DNA of 64,000 nt from an uncultured Bacilli bacterium. Its GTDB lineage: Bacteria; Bacillota_I; Bacilli_A; RF39; UBA660. The position numbers and the translations under genes were made by a program. The notes beneath the pieces were generated by a model, which ran no database searches, was not told the origin of the DNA, and saw only the letters and a list, made by a program, of their open reading frames with translations. Below, piece by piece: positions 41,252-51,007 of this stretch (its first letter is position 1; every line of letters begins with the position of its first letter). The stretch is from NCBI GenBank assembly GCA_944363885.1, contig CALVVO010000001.1:4865-68864 (forward strand). Direction: 5' to 3'.

Positions 41252-41401
41252 ATGGCTAATAGTAGAAATACAAGTAGAAATAGTAGTAAAAACTCTAGTA
41301 GAAATACTAGCAAAAACTCTAGTAGAAATTCTAGTAGAAACAGTAGTCGTAACTCAAGCAGAAACTCTTCTAGAAATAGTAGTAGAAATTCATGCAAATA
41401 G
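41252..41401 (+). CDS. Putative 49-aa Ser/Arg/Asn-rich tandem-repeat micro-protein (SRNSS)n
   Basis: RBS AGGTGGTGA 7 nt before ATG 41252. Sequence MANSRNTSRNSSKNSSRNTSKNSSRNSSRNSSRNSSRNSSRNSSRNSCK*, encoded by about nine 15-bp tandem repeats. It is followed immediately by a strong terminator. Confidence 0.35.
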   Translation: MANSRNTSRNSSKNSSRNTSKNSSRNSSRNSSRNSSRNSSRNSSRNSCK

Positions 41402-41409
41402 TCATTATA

Positions 41410-41437
41410 AAAGAGACGATGTGAGTCTCTTTTTTTA
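41410..41437. terminator. Bidirectional Rho-independent terminator between the micro-ORF and deoB
   Basis: AAGAGAC-gatgtga-GTCTCTT is flanked by an A-run upstream and TTTTTTT downstream. The deoB stop codon (minus strand) lies at 41435-41437. Confidence 0.6.
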
Positions 41438-42592
41438 ATGCAATAACTCCAAAAAACTAGTTCCAGTCTTAAGTGTATCATCTATATCAAAGTTATCAAT
41501 TATTGTTGCGCCTATATCAGCAAAAGTATCTCTTGCATCAAGCTCTCCAGTTGATTTCATACTAGTACTATAAGCTATCATAGGGACATTTTCTCTAGTA
41601 TGATCAGTACCAGTATATGTAGGATCATTACCATGGTCAGCAGTAAAAATAACCAAATCTGTTGGTTTTAATCTATTTAAGAAAATAGGCAAATAATAAT
41701 TAAGTTCTTCTAATGCCCTTAAATAACCATCTCTATCCCTTCTATGACCATATAATGTATCAAAATCATTTAGATTTAAAAAACATAAACCTTTAAAATC
41801 ACTTTTTGCAACGTCAATTAATTTCATAAGCCCATCTATATTATTAGTTGTTTTTATTGAAGTAGTAATACTCTTATTAGCAAAAATATCACCTATTTTG
41901 CCTAAAGCTAAAACTTCTATTCGATTATTATATAATAAATCAAGGTAATTTTCTTTTGGAACAACCGTAAAATCTTTTCTTCTAGGAGTTCTCACAAATT
42001 CTCCAGGCTTGCCAATAAATGGTCTTGCTATTACCCTACCTATCTTATATTTATCAGTTAAGACAATTTCACTAATTTTTTTACAAATATTGTATAATTC
42101 CTGAACAGGAACAATAGACTCATGTGCTGCAACCTGAAGAACAGAATCAGCAGAAGTATAAATAATAATTGCTCCAGTTTTCATATGCATTTCACCTAAT
42201 TCTTCAATTATTTCCGTACCAGAAGCTACAACATTACCAATCACTTCTCTACCAACCGCGTGTTGCACTTCACTAATTAATTCCAAAGGAAAACCATCAG
42301 GATAAGTTTGAAAAGGCTTTTCTTCAATCAAACCCATCATCTCATAATGCCCGTTTAATGTATCTTTTGCCAAATTTTTAGGTTTCATAGTAGTCCTATA
42401 TCCAATCGTACGTTCTTTATTCACCCCTACTAAATTTAAAAAACCTAATTTTTCCAAAACATTTAAATTATAATTACCCTTTTCAATAATATGACCAAGA
42501 GTATTGGCTCCTTCATCACCATACTTTACAGCATCAGCAGTCGCTCCAACACCCAAGCTATCCAAAACTATTAAAAAAATCCTATCGTACAT
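41435..42592 (-). CDS. deoB: Phosphopentomutase
   Basis: 385 aa. N-terminus RIFLIVLDSLGVGATADA and the metal-dependent alkaline-phosphatase-like core. Confidence 0.9.
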   Translation of the reverse strand: MYDRIFLIVLDSLGVGATADAVKYGDEGANTLGHIIEKGNYNLNVLEKLGFLNLVGVNKERTIGYRTTMKPKNLAKDTLNGHYEMMGLIEEKPFQTYPDGFPLELISEVQHAVGREVIGNVVASGTEIIEELGEMHMKTGAIIIYTSADSVLQVAAHESIVPVQELYNICKKISEIVLTDKYKIGRVIARPFIGKPGEFVRTPRRKDFTVVPKENYLDLLYNNRIEVLALGKIGDIFANKSITTSIKTTNNIDGLMKLIDVAKSDFKGLCFLNLNDFDTLYGHRRDRDGYLRALEELNYYLPIFLNRLKPTDLVIFTADHGNDPTYTGTDHTRENVPMIAYSTSMKSTGELDARDTFADIGATIIDNFDIDDTLKTGTSFLELLH

Positions 42593-42595
42593 AAA

Positions 42596-43486
42596 CTATT
42601 TTCCTTTCTTACTTCTACTATGAAATGCAATATAATTATCCTTTAATTCATGATTTACAATATGAGTATAAATATTTGTAGTATTTATATTTTCATGACC
42701 AAGTAACAACTGAATACTTCTTAAATCAGCACCGCCTATTAATAAATGAGTTGCAAAACTATGTCTCAATACATGCGGCGTTAAATATGCTTTTATATTA
42801 CACTTCTTTTTTAGTTCATTTAATATAAAATTAAAACCATTCCTAGTCATTTTTCTACCAAAATTATTGGGATAAATCTCATCAATTATATTATTTTTTA
42901 GTATTTTTGACCTATACTCTTCAATATAAATTTTATTATATTTTAATGCTACAGAACCAATCGGCACAATTCTTTCTTTATTTCCCTTACCTAAAACTCT
43001 TAAAGTACACATTTCAAAATCAATATCATTTACTTTTAAATTAACTAATTCACTAACTCTAAGACCGGTAGCATAAATTAATTCAAGCATAGCCTTATTT
43101 CTATAATCCAAAGGAGATATTAAAGGAATATTTAAAAGCCTTTCAACTTCTTCCTTTGTCAAATATTTAGGCAAAGCTTTTTCCAACTTGAGTAAATCAA
43201 TATCTTTCACAACACTTTCTTTATTATAATAAGCAAAAAACTGCCTTATAATAGTTATTTCATGATTTAAACTTTTTGCTTTTTCTAATTTTTTATTAGC
43301 AATCAAAATATTTTTCAAATCACTTTTACTACATAAAATTAAATCTTTTTTAGATTCTTTTTCAAGTTTATTTAAAGTATACATATAACTTTCAACAGTA
43401 TTATTACTCATTTTTCTTTCAATTCTTAAGTAATCTAAAAAATCAATTATCTCTTTACTCATATCTACCCTACTTAAATATAACAC
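42596..43486 (-). CDS. xerD: Tyrosine site-specific recombinase XerD/RipX-type
   Basis: 296 aa with the C-terminal catalytic motif HVLRHSFATHLLIGGADLRSIQLLLGHENINTTNIYTHI. The xerD-deoB adjacency matches B. subtilis ripX-drm. Confidence 0.8.
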   Translation of the reverse strand: MLYLSRVDMSKEIIDFLDYLRIERKMSNNTVESYMYTLNKLEKESKKDLILCSKSDLKNILIANKKLEKAKSLNHEITIIRQFFAYYNKESVVKDIDLLKLEKALPKYLTKEEVERLLNIPLISPLDYRNKAMLELIYATGLRVSELVNLKVNDIDFEMCTLRVLGKGNKERIVPIGSVALKYNKIYIEEYRSKILKNNIIDEIYPNNFGRKMTRNGFNFILNELKKKCNIKAYLTPHVLRHSFATHLLIGGADLRSIQLLLGHENINTTNIYTHIVNHELKDNYIAFHSRSKKGK

Positions 43487-43560
43487 AAATGCTTGTTTTT
43501 ATCAAATTTGACTGTTTTTATGTTTACGTTTTTATGTTAAAATATATTTAAGGAGATTAT

Positions 43561-44760
43561 ATGGAACTACTACAAAATGAATTAAGACCAAAGACATTAA
43601 ATGATGTTATAGGTCAAAAACATTTGATTGGCGAAGGAAAAATGTTAAGTAATTTAGTAAAAAACAAGAAATTATTTAACATAATTTTATATGGAAAAAG
43701 TGGCATTGGAAAAACCACTATTGCATTATGTTTAATAAACGATTTAGGTTTTAGATATAGAATGTTAAATGCAACAATAAACAGTAAAAAAGATTTTGAA
43801 GTTGTATTTGAAGAAGCAAAGATGTATGGAGAACTAGTACTTATTGTAGATGAGATACATAGAATGAATAAAGACAAACAAGATCTTTTACTAAGTTACA
43901 TTGAAAGTGGTTTAATAATTTTGATTGGTTTAACTTCATCTAACCCTTTTCATAGTATAAACCCTGCGATTAGAAGTAGATGTGAACTAATTGAATTAAA
44001 AAATATTGAAGAAGAAGACATAGTTCTAGCAATAAAAAACATTAAAAAAGTTTATAAAGATTTAAGCATTGATGAAAAAACAATAAAACATATTGCACAT
44101 ATTTCAAATGGCGATTTAAGAAGTGCTTATAATTTAGTAGAATTTTGTTATTATAGTTTTGGTCCAGAATTTTCTATAGACCAAATTGAAGAAGTAAATT
44201 CAAATTCCAAATTCTATTATGATAAAAATGAAGATGGGTATTATGATGTTATCAGTGCATTTCAAAAAAGTATCAGAGGAAGTGACGTAAATGCAGCATT
44301 ACATTATCTAGCAAGATTAATTGAAGTTGGAGACTTTGATATCTTATATAGAAGAATGCTTGTCATCGCATACGAAGACATAGGTTTAGCTAATCCAAGT
44401 TTACCATCAAGAGTTTTATCAGCTATAGAAGCAAGTGAAAGATTAGGTTTGCCTGAATTATATAAACCACTTGCCTGCGTAGTTATAGATATGGCTTTAA
44501 GTCCAAAAAGCAATTCAGTTGAAACGGCCATAAATAATGCTAAAAATGAATTAAATAAAGGAGGAATTGGCAGAGTTCCAAGACATATAACAACTACAAG
44601 TAAAGATTATAAATATCCACATAATTACCCAAATCACTGGGTAAATCAACAATATCTTCCAGACAATATAAAAAATAGTATTTATTATATTCCTGGAGAT
44701 AATAAATATGAAACCGAATTAAATAATTACCACAAAAAGATAACTGAAAACAAAAAATAG
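43561..44760 (+). CDS. rarA: Replication-associated recombination protein A (AAA+ ATPase)
   Basis: 399 aa with GKSGIGKTTIA Walker A, DEIHRMNK Walker B and a C-terminal MgsA domain. Confidence 0.9.
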   Translation: MELLQNELRPKTLNDVIGQKHLIGEGKMLSNLVKNKKLFNIILYGKSGIGKTTIALCLINDLGFRYRMLNATINSKKDFEVVFEEAKMYGELVLIVDEIHRMNKDKQDLLLSYIESGLIILIGLTSSNPFHSINPAIRSRCELIELKNIEEEDIVLAIKNIKKVYKDLSIDEKTIKHIAHISNGDLRSAYNLVEFCYYSFGPEFSIDQIEEVNSNSKFYYDKNEDGYYDVISAFQKSIRGSDVNAALHYLARLIEVGDFDILYRRMLVIAYEDIGLANPSLPSRVLSAIEASERLGLPELYKPLACVVIDMALSPKSNSVETAINNAKNELNKGGIGRVPRHITTTSKDYKYPHNYPNHWVNQQYLPDNIKNSIYYIPGDNKYETELNNYHKKITENKK

Positions 44761-44764
44761 AAAT

Positions 44765-45442
44765 TTAATTTTCTATTTTTATTATATCATTAATAATTGC
44801 ATTACAAATTAATAAGCCAGCTATAGCTGGGACATAAGATATTGAGCCTAAGACATTAATATCTTTTTTTACTTCTTCACTATAAACAACAGTAGTATAT
44901 TTTTGTTCATCTAGTGATAAACTTTTCCTAATCTTCTTCGCTAAAGGACAATATTTTGTATTATTCAATGTATCAATTTTAAATTTAGTACCATCTAATT
45001 TTTTTGCTGTACCCATAGATGAAATAATCTTAATATCATTTCTATAACAAAACTTTATAAGTTCAATTTTTGCATCAACATCATCACAAGCATCAATAAC
45101 GTAATCAAAATCATTATCTATAATATCTTGTATATTTTCCTTAGTTAAAAAAATAGAAAATTTATTTACAATTACATCAGGATTAATTTGTAGCACTCTT
45201 TTAGCAGCCTCATTAACCTTAAGTTCACCTATATTGTTTGATGTAGATATTATTTGCCTATTTAAATTTGTAGAATCAATTTTGTCACCATCAATTAAAG
45301 TAATATTCATAACTCCAGATCTAACGAGTCCTTCTAAAACATAGCCACCCACTCCACCAATACCTACAATAGCAATTTTAATATTTTGTAATTTATTTAA
45401 ATTTTCTTTTCCAATAAGACTTTCTAATCTATCTAAATTCAT
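44765..45442 (-). CDS. tcdA: tRNA threonylcarbamoyladenosine dehydratase (ThiF/MoeB-family)
   Basis: 225 aa with a Rossmann motif (IAIVGIGGVGGYVLEGLVRSGV, IDGDKIDSTNLNRQ). Confidence 0.75.
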   Translation of the reverse strand: MNLDRLESLIGKENLNKLQNIKIAIVGIGGVGGYVLEGLVRSGVMNITLIDGDKIDSTNLNRQIISTSNNIGELKVNEAAKRVLQINPDVIVNKFSIFLTKENIQDIIDNDFDYVIDACDDVDAKIELIKFCYRNDIKIISSMGTAKKLDGTKFKIDTLNNTKYCPLAKKIRKSLSLDEQKYTTVVYSEEVKKDINVLGSISYVPAIAGLLICNAIINDIIKIEN

Positions 45443-45690
45443 ACGTACTCCAAATCATAAAAAAGCCCAAAGATACGACTGCCGTTTAAATAAATCTCGC
45501 CGTAGACGAGGTGGTAAGCAACATAATGCCATTAGGATTCTTAGTAAACTAAGCATTCAACACAGCACATTAATTATGCTCCCAAGAAAATTAAATAGTC
45601 GGTTTATTTGTTACGACAATCATTATCTTCAGGTAATTTTATTATATCATATATTTATAAAAAATATACTTAAAGCGTAAAATCTTTACA

Positions 45691-46467
45691 TTATTCTTTT
45701 TTACTATAATAACTAATAATAGTATTTAAATTAACATTCTTAGTACTATTCATAATATTAACGTCTGCGCCTTTATATAACTCATTTAATTCTGTTATTA
45801 GCTTTTTCATTTCATTCCTTTTGCCCATATTCTTTTCAGTTACCTTACATGCGCAATCGAGGAAAGTTAAATTATTATAGTTTACCCAAGATATAATATC
45901 TTTTTCTCTAACGTAATAAAGAGGTCTAATAAGTTTAATAGGCTTAAAATTAACTGACGATAAAATTGGCATCATAGTTTTAAATTCACCATTATAAATC
46001 ATAGACATAAGTACTGTTTCAATAACATCATCAAAATGGTGCCCTAGAGCAATCTTATTACAACCTAATTTCATAGCTTCACTATATAAAGCCCCTCTTC
46101 TCTTTCTTGCACATAAATAACATATATCTTTTTCCCCATTTATTTGGTCAAAAATATTGCTATTAAATATATGTAACTTTAAATTAAGTTTAGTTGCATT
46201 TTGATGTATTAAATCCAAATGTTTTGTTCTATATCCAGGATTCATCAAAATATAGCAAAGATCAAAATTAATTTTACCATGTTTTTGTAACTCTTCCATA
46301 CATTTTGCTAGCAAAAAAGAATCCTTACCACCACTAATACAGACAGCAATTTTATCCCCATCTTCTATCAAATTAAATTCTTGAACAGCCTTAACAAAAT
46401 TACGCCATATTTCCTTTCTATATTTTTTTATAATACTATTTTCTACCTTCTGCTTCACTTCTTTCAT
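45691..46467 (-). CDS. ttcA: tRNA 2-thiocytidine biosynthesis protein TtcA-family PP-loop ATPase
   Basis: 258 aa, colinear with TtcA (IAVCISGGKDSFLLAKC, CYLCARKRRGALY, KIALGHHFDDVIETVLMSMIYNGEFKTMMP, DCAC). Confidence 0.8.
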   Translation of the reverse strand: MKEVKQKVENSIIKKYRKEIWRNFVKAVQEFNLIEDGDKIAVCISGGKDSFLLAKCMEELQKHGKINFDLCYILMNPGYRTKHLDLIHQNATKLNLKLHIFNSNIFDQINGEKDICYLCARKRRGALYSEAMKLGCNKIALGHHFDDVIETVLMSMIYNGEFKTMMPILSSVNFKPIKLIRPLYYVREKDIISWVNYNNLTFLDCACKVTEKNMGKRNEMKKLITELNELYKGADVNIMNSTKNVNLNTIISYYSKKE

Positions 46468-47950
46468 TTTTTTCCCTTTTTCTCAACTCAAGTTTTATTC
46501 CATCTTCATCCTTTTCAGACAATCTTAAAGATTCTATACTTTCAGAATTATCAAAAATCTCATAAAGAATATCTTCAAACAATTGGTCAACTACAACATT
46601 AAGCGCTCTTGCCCCAGTTTTATACTTCAAAGCATAAATAGCTAATTTATCATAAAGATCATCACTTGTTTCAAAATCAATTCCTAACTTTTCAAGTTCA
46701 GCCTTATACCTATTTAATGGGCTCAAAGTAGACATTTTTAAAATTTTAATAAAATCTTCCTTTTTAAGTTCATTCATTTGAACAATAGTTCTAAATCTTC
46801 CCATGAATTCTAAAGGCATTCCAAATTTTTGAAAGTCTTCAATAGTAATTTCAGGATTAGTATCAACAGTATGAGTTTCACCTGAAAATCCAATAGGTTT
46901 ACTTTTTGATAATTTACCTTCCCTTAGTTCAGTAAATGCACCACATGCAACTATAGTAAGTTTAGAAGTATCAAACTGAATTGTACCTCCAGCATACTGT
47001 AAAGGAAAAACTCCGCCCTCAATAATTGCAAGTAAATTTTTCAAAACATCACTTTTACTAACTGCACTATCACCATTAGTGCCAGCTTTCTTGTCAATTT
47101 CATCCAAAACTAAAATACTTTTTTCAGCGAGTTCTTGATTCATATTAGCATTTTCAAGTAAATTATATAAAATATCTTCTACATCTCCGCCTTTATAGCC
47201 TGATTCAGTATATTTTGTCATGTCTTCAATCCACAAAGGGACCCCAACTCTTTTACTAAGTGACCTAAGTATTTGAGTTTTACCTACGCCAGTAGGTCCA
47301 TAAATTAAAATATTACTTTTCATCTCTTTGCCATCAAACATTAAGTTTTTATATACAGCCGTAATAATCTTTTTTATAGGCTCATCTTGTGAAATAACCT
47401 CAGTTTTAACATCTTCATATAATTGACTAATTTTAGCCAATTTATTTTCACTTTCACACACTATTTCACCTTTACTAGAATGATTATCTAACAAAATATT
47501 TAATTGCTGTTGTATTACATCTAATATCTCTCTTGATTCAAGAATTGTTTCAACTTGCTTTTTTATACTATAAAAATTATTACCAAGTTCAGACGGAGCT
47601 AAATCATTAACATCATAATTATCTATAACAAAAACTTTCTCTTCAAAATCAAATCTAGCAACAAATGCTTCTTTTCTACACTTTAATAAAAAATTTTGAA
47701 AAACCCCATTAAAACCAAAACGCTTAAAAATCGATGAAAAGCTCAAAACATGACTAAAAGCAGTATCAAAGTTTAAATACAAACTATCACTAATGCTAGG
47801 CACTAAATAATGAGATAAATAATCATAGAAAAGATTATTTTCACTATTGTATTCCCCTAAGCAAACACGAACCGGAACAAAATAAATTCCATCTTCTTTA
47901 ACAATTTTTTTATTTAATACTGCACAACTACATTTAAACATAAAAATCAC
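46436..47950 (-). CDS. HslU/ClpX-like AAA+ ATPase with a novel approximately 180-aa N-terminal domain
   Basis: 504 aa. The AAA core (ILIYGPTGVGKTQILRSLSK...TKYTESGYKGGDVEDIL...ILVLDEIDKK) is most like HslU or ClpX. The N-terminus has Cys residues (CSCAV...VRVC) but is not a ClpX C4 zinc finger. No adjacent hslV or clpP. Confidence 0.6.
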   Translation of the reverse strand: MIFMFKCSCAVLNKKIVKEDGIYFVPVRVCLGEYNSENNLFYDYLSHYLVPSISDSLYLNFDTAFSHVLSFSSIFKRFGFNGVFQNFLLKCRKEAFVARFDFEEKVFVIDNYDVNDLAPSELGNNFYSIKKQVETILESREILDVIQQQLNILLDNHSSKGEIVCESENKLAKISQLYEDVKTEVISQDEPIKKIITAVYKNLMFDGKEMKSNILIYGPTGVGKTQILRSLSKRVGVPLWIEDMTKYTESGYKGGDVEDILYNLLENANMNQELAEKSILVLDEIDKKAGTNGDSAVSKSDVLKNLLAIIEGGVFPLQYAGGTIQFDTSKLTIVACGAFTELREGKLSKSKPIGFSGETHTVDTNPEITIEDFQKFGMPLEFMGRFRTIVQMNELKKEDFIKILKMSTLSPLNRYKAELEKLGIDFETSDDLYDKLAIYALKYKTGARALNVVVDQLFEDILYEIFDNSESIESLRLSEKDEDGIKLELRKREKNERSEAEGRK

Positions 47951-49660
47951 CTAAAATTTGATACCTAATTCCTTTAATTGCTTATCATTTGCTTTACTTG
48001 GAGCATTAGTCATCAAACAAGAAGCACTTTGTGTTTTAGGAAACGCAACAACATCTTTAATATTATCAGTACCACAAAGAATCATTGTAATTCTATCAAG
48101 TCCTGGAGCAATACCACCATGAGGAGGAGCACCATACTTAAACGCTTCTAACAAATAACCAAATTTTCTTTGAGCTTCTTCTTCGCTTATACCTAATTTT
48201 TCAAAAACTTTACTTTGAATTTTTTTATCATGAATTCTTATACTTCCACTTGCTAATTCATAACCATTTAAAACAATATCATAACTTCTAGCATAACAAT
48301 TTTCTGGGTCATCTAAAGCATTAACATCTTTAGGCATTGTAAATGGATGATGTGCAGACACGTATCTATTCTCTTCTTCATTCCATTCAAACATAGGAAA
48401 ATCAGTAATCCATAGAAAATTAAATTTATCTTTAGGAATAATATCTAAATATCTTGCCACATTTATTCTTAATGCACCTAAAGCCTGTAAAACCCTATTC
48501 TTATCACCAGCAATAATAAACACAATATCGCCACTCTCTAATCCAAGATAATTCTTAATACTATCTTTTTCATTATCAGACAAAGAATTTGCAATATTAC
48601 CCGTAAATTCATTATTATATTTAACGAAGAACAAATTATCGATTTTATAATTTTTTAAGTCAACAGCTAACTCATCAACTTTTTTTCTAGAAAACATTGC
48701 ATCACTTTTTTTTGTAACAATCGCACCTATAAAATCTTTTTGTAACAAAGATAACTTATTTTCACTTAAAATATCAGTTATATCACTAATAAGCATATCA
48801 AACCTAGTATCAGGTTTATCAGTACCATAATTATTAATAGCATCAGTATATGTCATTCTCTTAAAAGGAATTTCTAAATCAATATCTTTAACATTTTTCA
48901 TTATCTCTTTAAACATTCCTTCAACTACTTCAAAGATATCTTCTTCATTTACAAAAGACATTTCAATATCTATTTGAGTAAACTCAGGTTGTCTATCAGC
49001 TCTTAAATCTTCATCTCTAAAACATCTTGCAATTTGATAATATTTTTCAAAACCAGCAACCATCAATAATTGTTTGAATAACTGAGGAGATTGTGGCAAA
49101 GCATAGAACGTTCCTTTTTGTATTCTAGAGGGAACCAAATAGTCTCTAGCACCTTCAGGGCTAGTAGCAGTTAATATAGGTGTTTCAACTTCAACAAAAC
49201 CTAAATTATCTAAATATTTTCTTACACTTTGAGTTATTTTATGTCTTGTCATTAAATAACTTTGTAACTCTTCTTTTCTTAAATCTAAATATCTATGTTT
49301 TAATCTTAATTCTTCACTAACATTATCACTTTTAATATCAAAAGGCAAAGGCATAGATGTATTTAAAATTTCAAGATTAGTAACATCTATTTCAATTTCA
49401 CCAGTAGGAATTTCAGTATTAGGGTTACTTCTTTTAACAATAGTTCCATTTACTTTTAAAACATATTCATTTTTTATTTCTAAAGCCTTTTCGTAATTAA
49501 TGTTATCACTATTTACAACTAATTGTATAATTCCTGATCTATCTCTTAAATCAATAAAAATCAAATTACCAAGTTTTCTTATCTTACTCGCCCAGCCATA
49601 AAGTTCAACCGTTTCACCAACATTTTTAATATTCAGCTGAGCATTACTTATTTTTTTCAT
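47951..49660 (-). CDS. aspS: Aspartate--tRNA ligase
   Basis: 569 aa with an N-terminal OB fold, class II motifs (FRDEDLRADRQPEFTQID, GGIAPGLDR) and the bacterial insertion domain. It lies immediately downstream of hisS, as in B. subtilis. Confidence 0.95.
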   Translation of the reverse strand: MKKISNAQLNIKNVGETVELYGWASKIRKLGNLIFIDLRDRSGIIQLVVNSDNINYEKALEIKNEYVLKVNGTIVKRSNPNTEIPTGEIEIDVTNLEILNTSMPLPFDIKSDNVSEELRLKHRYLDLRKEELQSYLMTRHKITQSVRKYLDNLGFVEVETPILTATSPEGARDYLVPSRIQKGTFYALPQSPQLFKQLLMVAGFEKYYQIARCFRDEDLRADRQPEFTQIDIEMSFVNEEDIFEVVEGMFKEIMKNVKDIDLEIPFKRMTYTDAINNYGTDKPDTRFDMLISDITDILSENKLSLLQKDFIGAIVTKKSDAMFSRKKVDELAVDLKNYKIDNLFFVKYNNEFTGNIANSLSDNEKDSIKNYLGLESGDIVFIIAGDKNRVLQALGALRINVARYLDIIPKDKFNFLWITDFPMFEWNEEENRYVSAHHPFTMPKDVNALDDPENCYARSYDIVLNGYELASGSIRIHDKKIQSKVFEKLGISEEEAQRKFGYLLEAFKYGAPPHGGIAPGLDRITMILCGTDNIKDVVAFPKTQSASCLMTNAPSKANDKQLKELGIKF

Positions 49661-49669
49661 ACTTCCTCC

Positions 49670-50923
49670 TTAATAATAAGTATTAAAATAATCAATTATT
49701 TCATCATTTTTAACACTAACTTGTTCTTTAGTCTTATTATCTTTAATTGTGACATACCCACCAAGCATCTCATCTTCTCCAATTATAACGACAAAACTAG
49801 GATTTAATTCGTCAACTATTTTCCATTGTTGTTTCATATTTTTGTTTTCATAACATATTTCAGATACGTACCCATTGCTTCTCAAATCATTATTTAATTT
49901 ATAAGGAAACGCATCATTCGTTAAATTCATCACATAAATATCTATATCATTTTCTATTTTAAATTCTTCATCACTTACTAATGCAGTAATTATTCTCTCA
50001 ATTCCGATAGCAAAACCAACAGCAGTAGTATCTGGTCCATCTAACATACGAACTAAATTATCATATCTTCCGCCACCGCATATAGTACTAGCTAAACCTA
50101 ATCTTTCATCAGAAGATACTATTTCAAAAACAGTATGAGTATAATAATCTAGGCCTCTCACTAATGTAGTATCAACTTCATAATCAATTCCTAACTCATT
50201 CAAACTATCTTTAACACTATTAAAATAGTTTATACTGTCTTCATTTAAAAAATCAATTGTCTTTGGTGCATTTTTAATGTAATCCCGGCTCCCATCATAT
50301 TTACAATCTAAAATGCGTAGAGGATTTCTATCAAATCTATCTTTACACAAATCACATAAATTATCATAATCTTTGCTAATATATTCCTTTAAAATATCTT
50401 TATATTTATTTCTACTTTCATTATCACCTAAAGTATTAATCTTAACCTTTAAATCTTTAATACCAATACCTTCTAAATACTTATAAGCCATATAAATTAT
50501 ATCCGCATCTAAGCGAGCACTTTTAGCTCCAATAACTTCAATACCAAACTGAGTAAATTCTCTAAGTCTTCCGTTTTGTGGTCTTTCATATCTAAAGCAA
50601 GAACCAAAATAATAATATTTTTTAAGTCTATTATAAGAGTACTCTTTATTTTCAATATAACTTCTAACAATACCAGCAGTAAATTCAGGTCTAAGAGTCA
50701 TTTCTCTTCCGCCTTTATCTATAAAATCATAAGTTTCTTTATTTACAATATCAGTACTTTCTCCCACACCTCTTTTATACAAATTACTTGATTCAAAAGT
50801 AGGAACTTTTATATACTCAAAATTATTAAGTTTCATAAAATCATGAGTGTACATCTCAATGTTATTAAAAATCTTCCCCTTTTCACCAAATAAATCAATA
50901 GTTCCCTTAGGCTTTTGTAACAT
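49670..50923 (-). CDS. hisS: Histidine--tRNA ligase
   Basis: 417 aa from MLQKPKGTIDL, preceded by RBS AGGAG 8 nt upstream. The longer ORF-track start at 50989 was rejected. Class II motifs and a C-terminal anticodon-binding domain. Confidence 0.9.
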   Translation of the reverse strand: MLQKPKGTIDLFGEKGKIFNNIEMYTHDFMKLNNFEYIKVPTFESSNLYKRGVGESTDIVNKETYDFIDKGGREMTLRPEFTAGIVRSYIENKEYSYNRLKKYYYFGSCFRYERPQNGRLREFTQFGIEVIGAKSARLDADIIYMAYKYLEGIGIKDLKVKINTLGDNESRNKYKDILKEYISKDYDNLCDLCKDRFDRNPLRILDCKYDGSRDYIKNAPKTIDFLNEDSINYFNSVKDSLNELGIDYEVDTTLVRGLDYYTHTVFEIVSSDERLGLASTICGGGRYDNLVRMLDGPDTTAVGFAIGIERIITALVSDEEFKIENDIDIYVMNLTNDAFPYKLNNDLRSNGYVSEICYENKNMKQQWKIVDELNPSFVVIIGEDEMLGGYVTIKDNKTKEQVSVKNDEIIDYFNTYY

Positions 50924-51007
50924 AAAAATCACTCCTAAATTTCTTTTATTATAACACTCATCAAAATATAAGTAAATTTTTTTATACAATTTTTCATATA
51001 TTTAAAT

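Noticed and set aside
41194-41481. 95-aa minus-strand ORF (LLEFLLEF...) opposite the (SRNSS)n micro-ORF
   Set aside because: It is the reverse-frame artefact of the 15-bp tandem repeat. The RBS, ATG and terminator geometry support the plus strand.
45500-45520. T-box-like GAGGTGGTAAGC on the plus strand in the ttcA-tcdA spacer
   Set aside because: Both flanking genes are on the minus strand, and the match to the T-box consensus is partial. There is no specifier or terminator arrangement.
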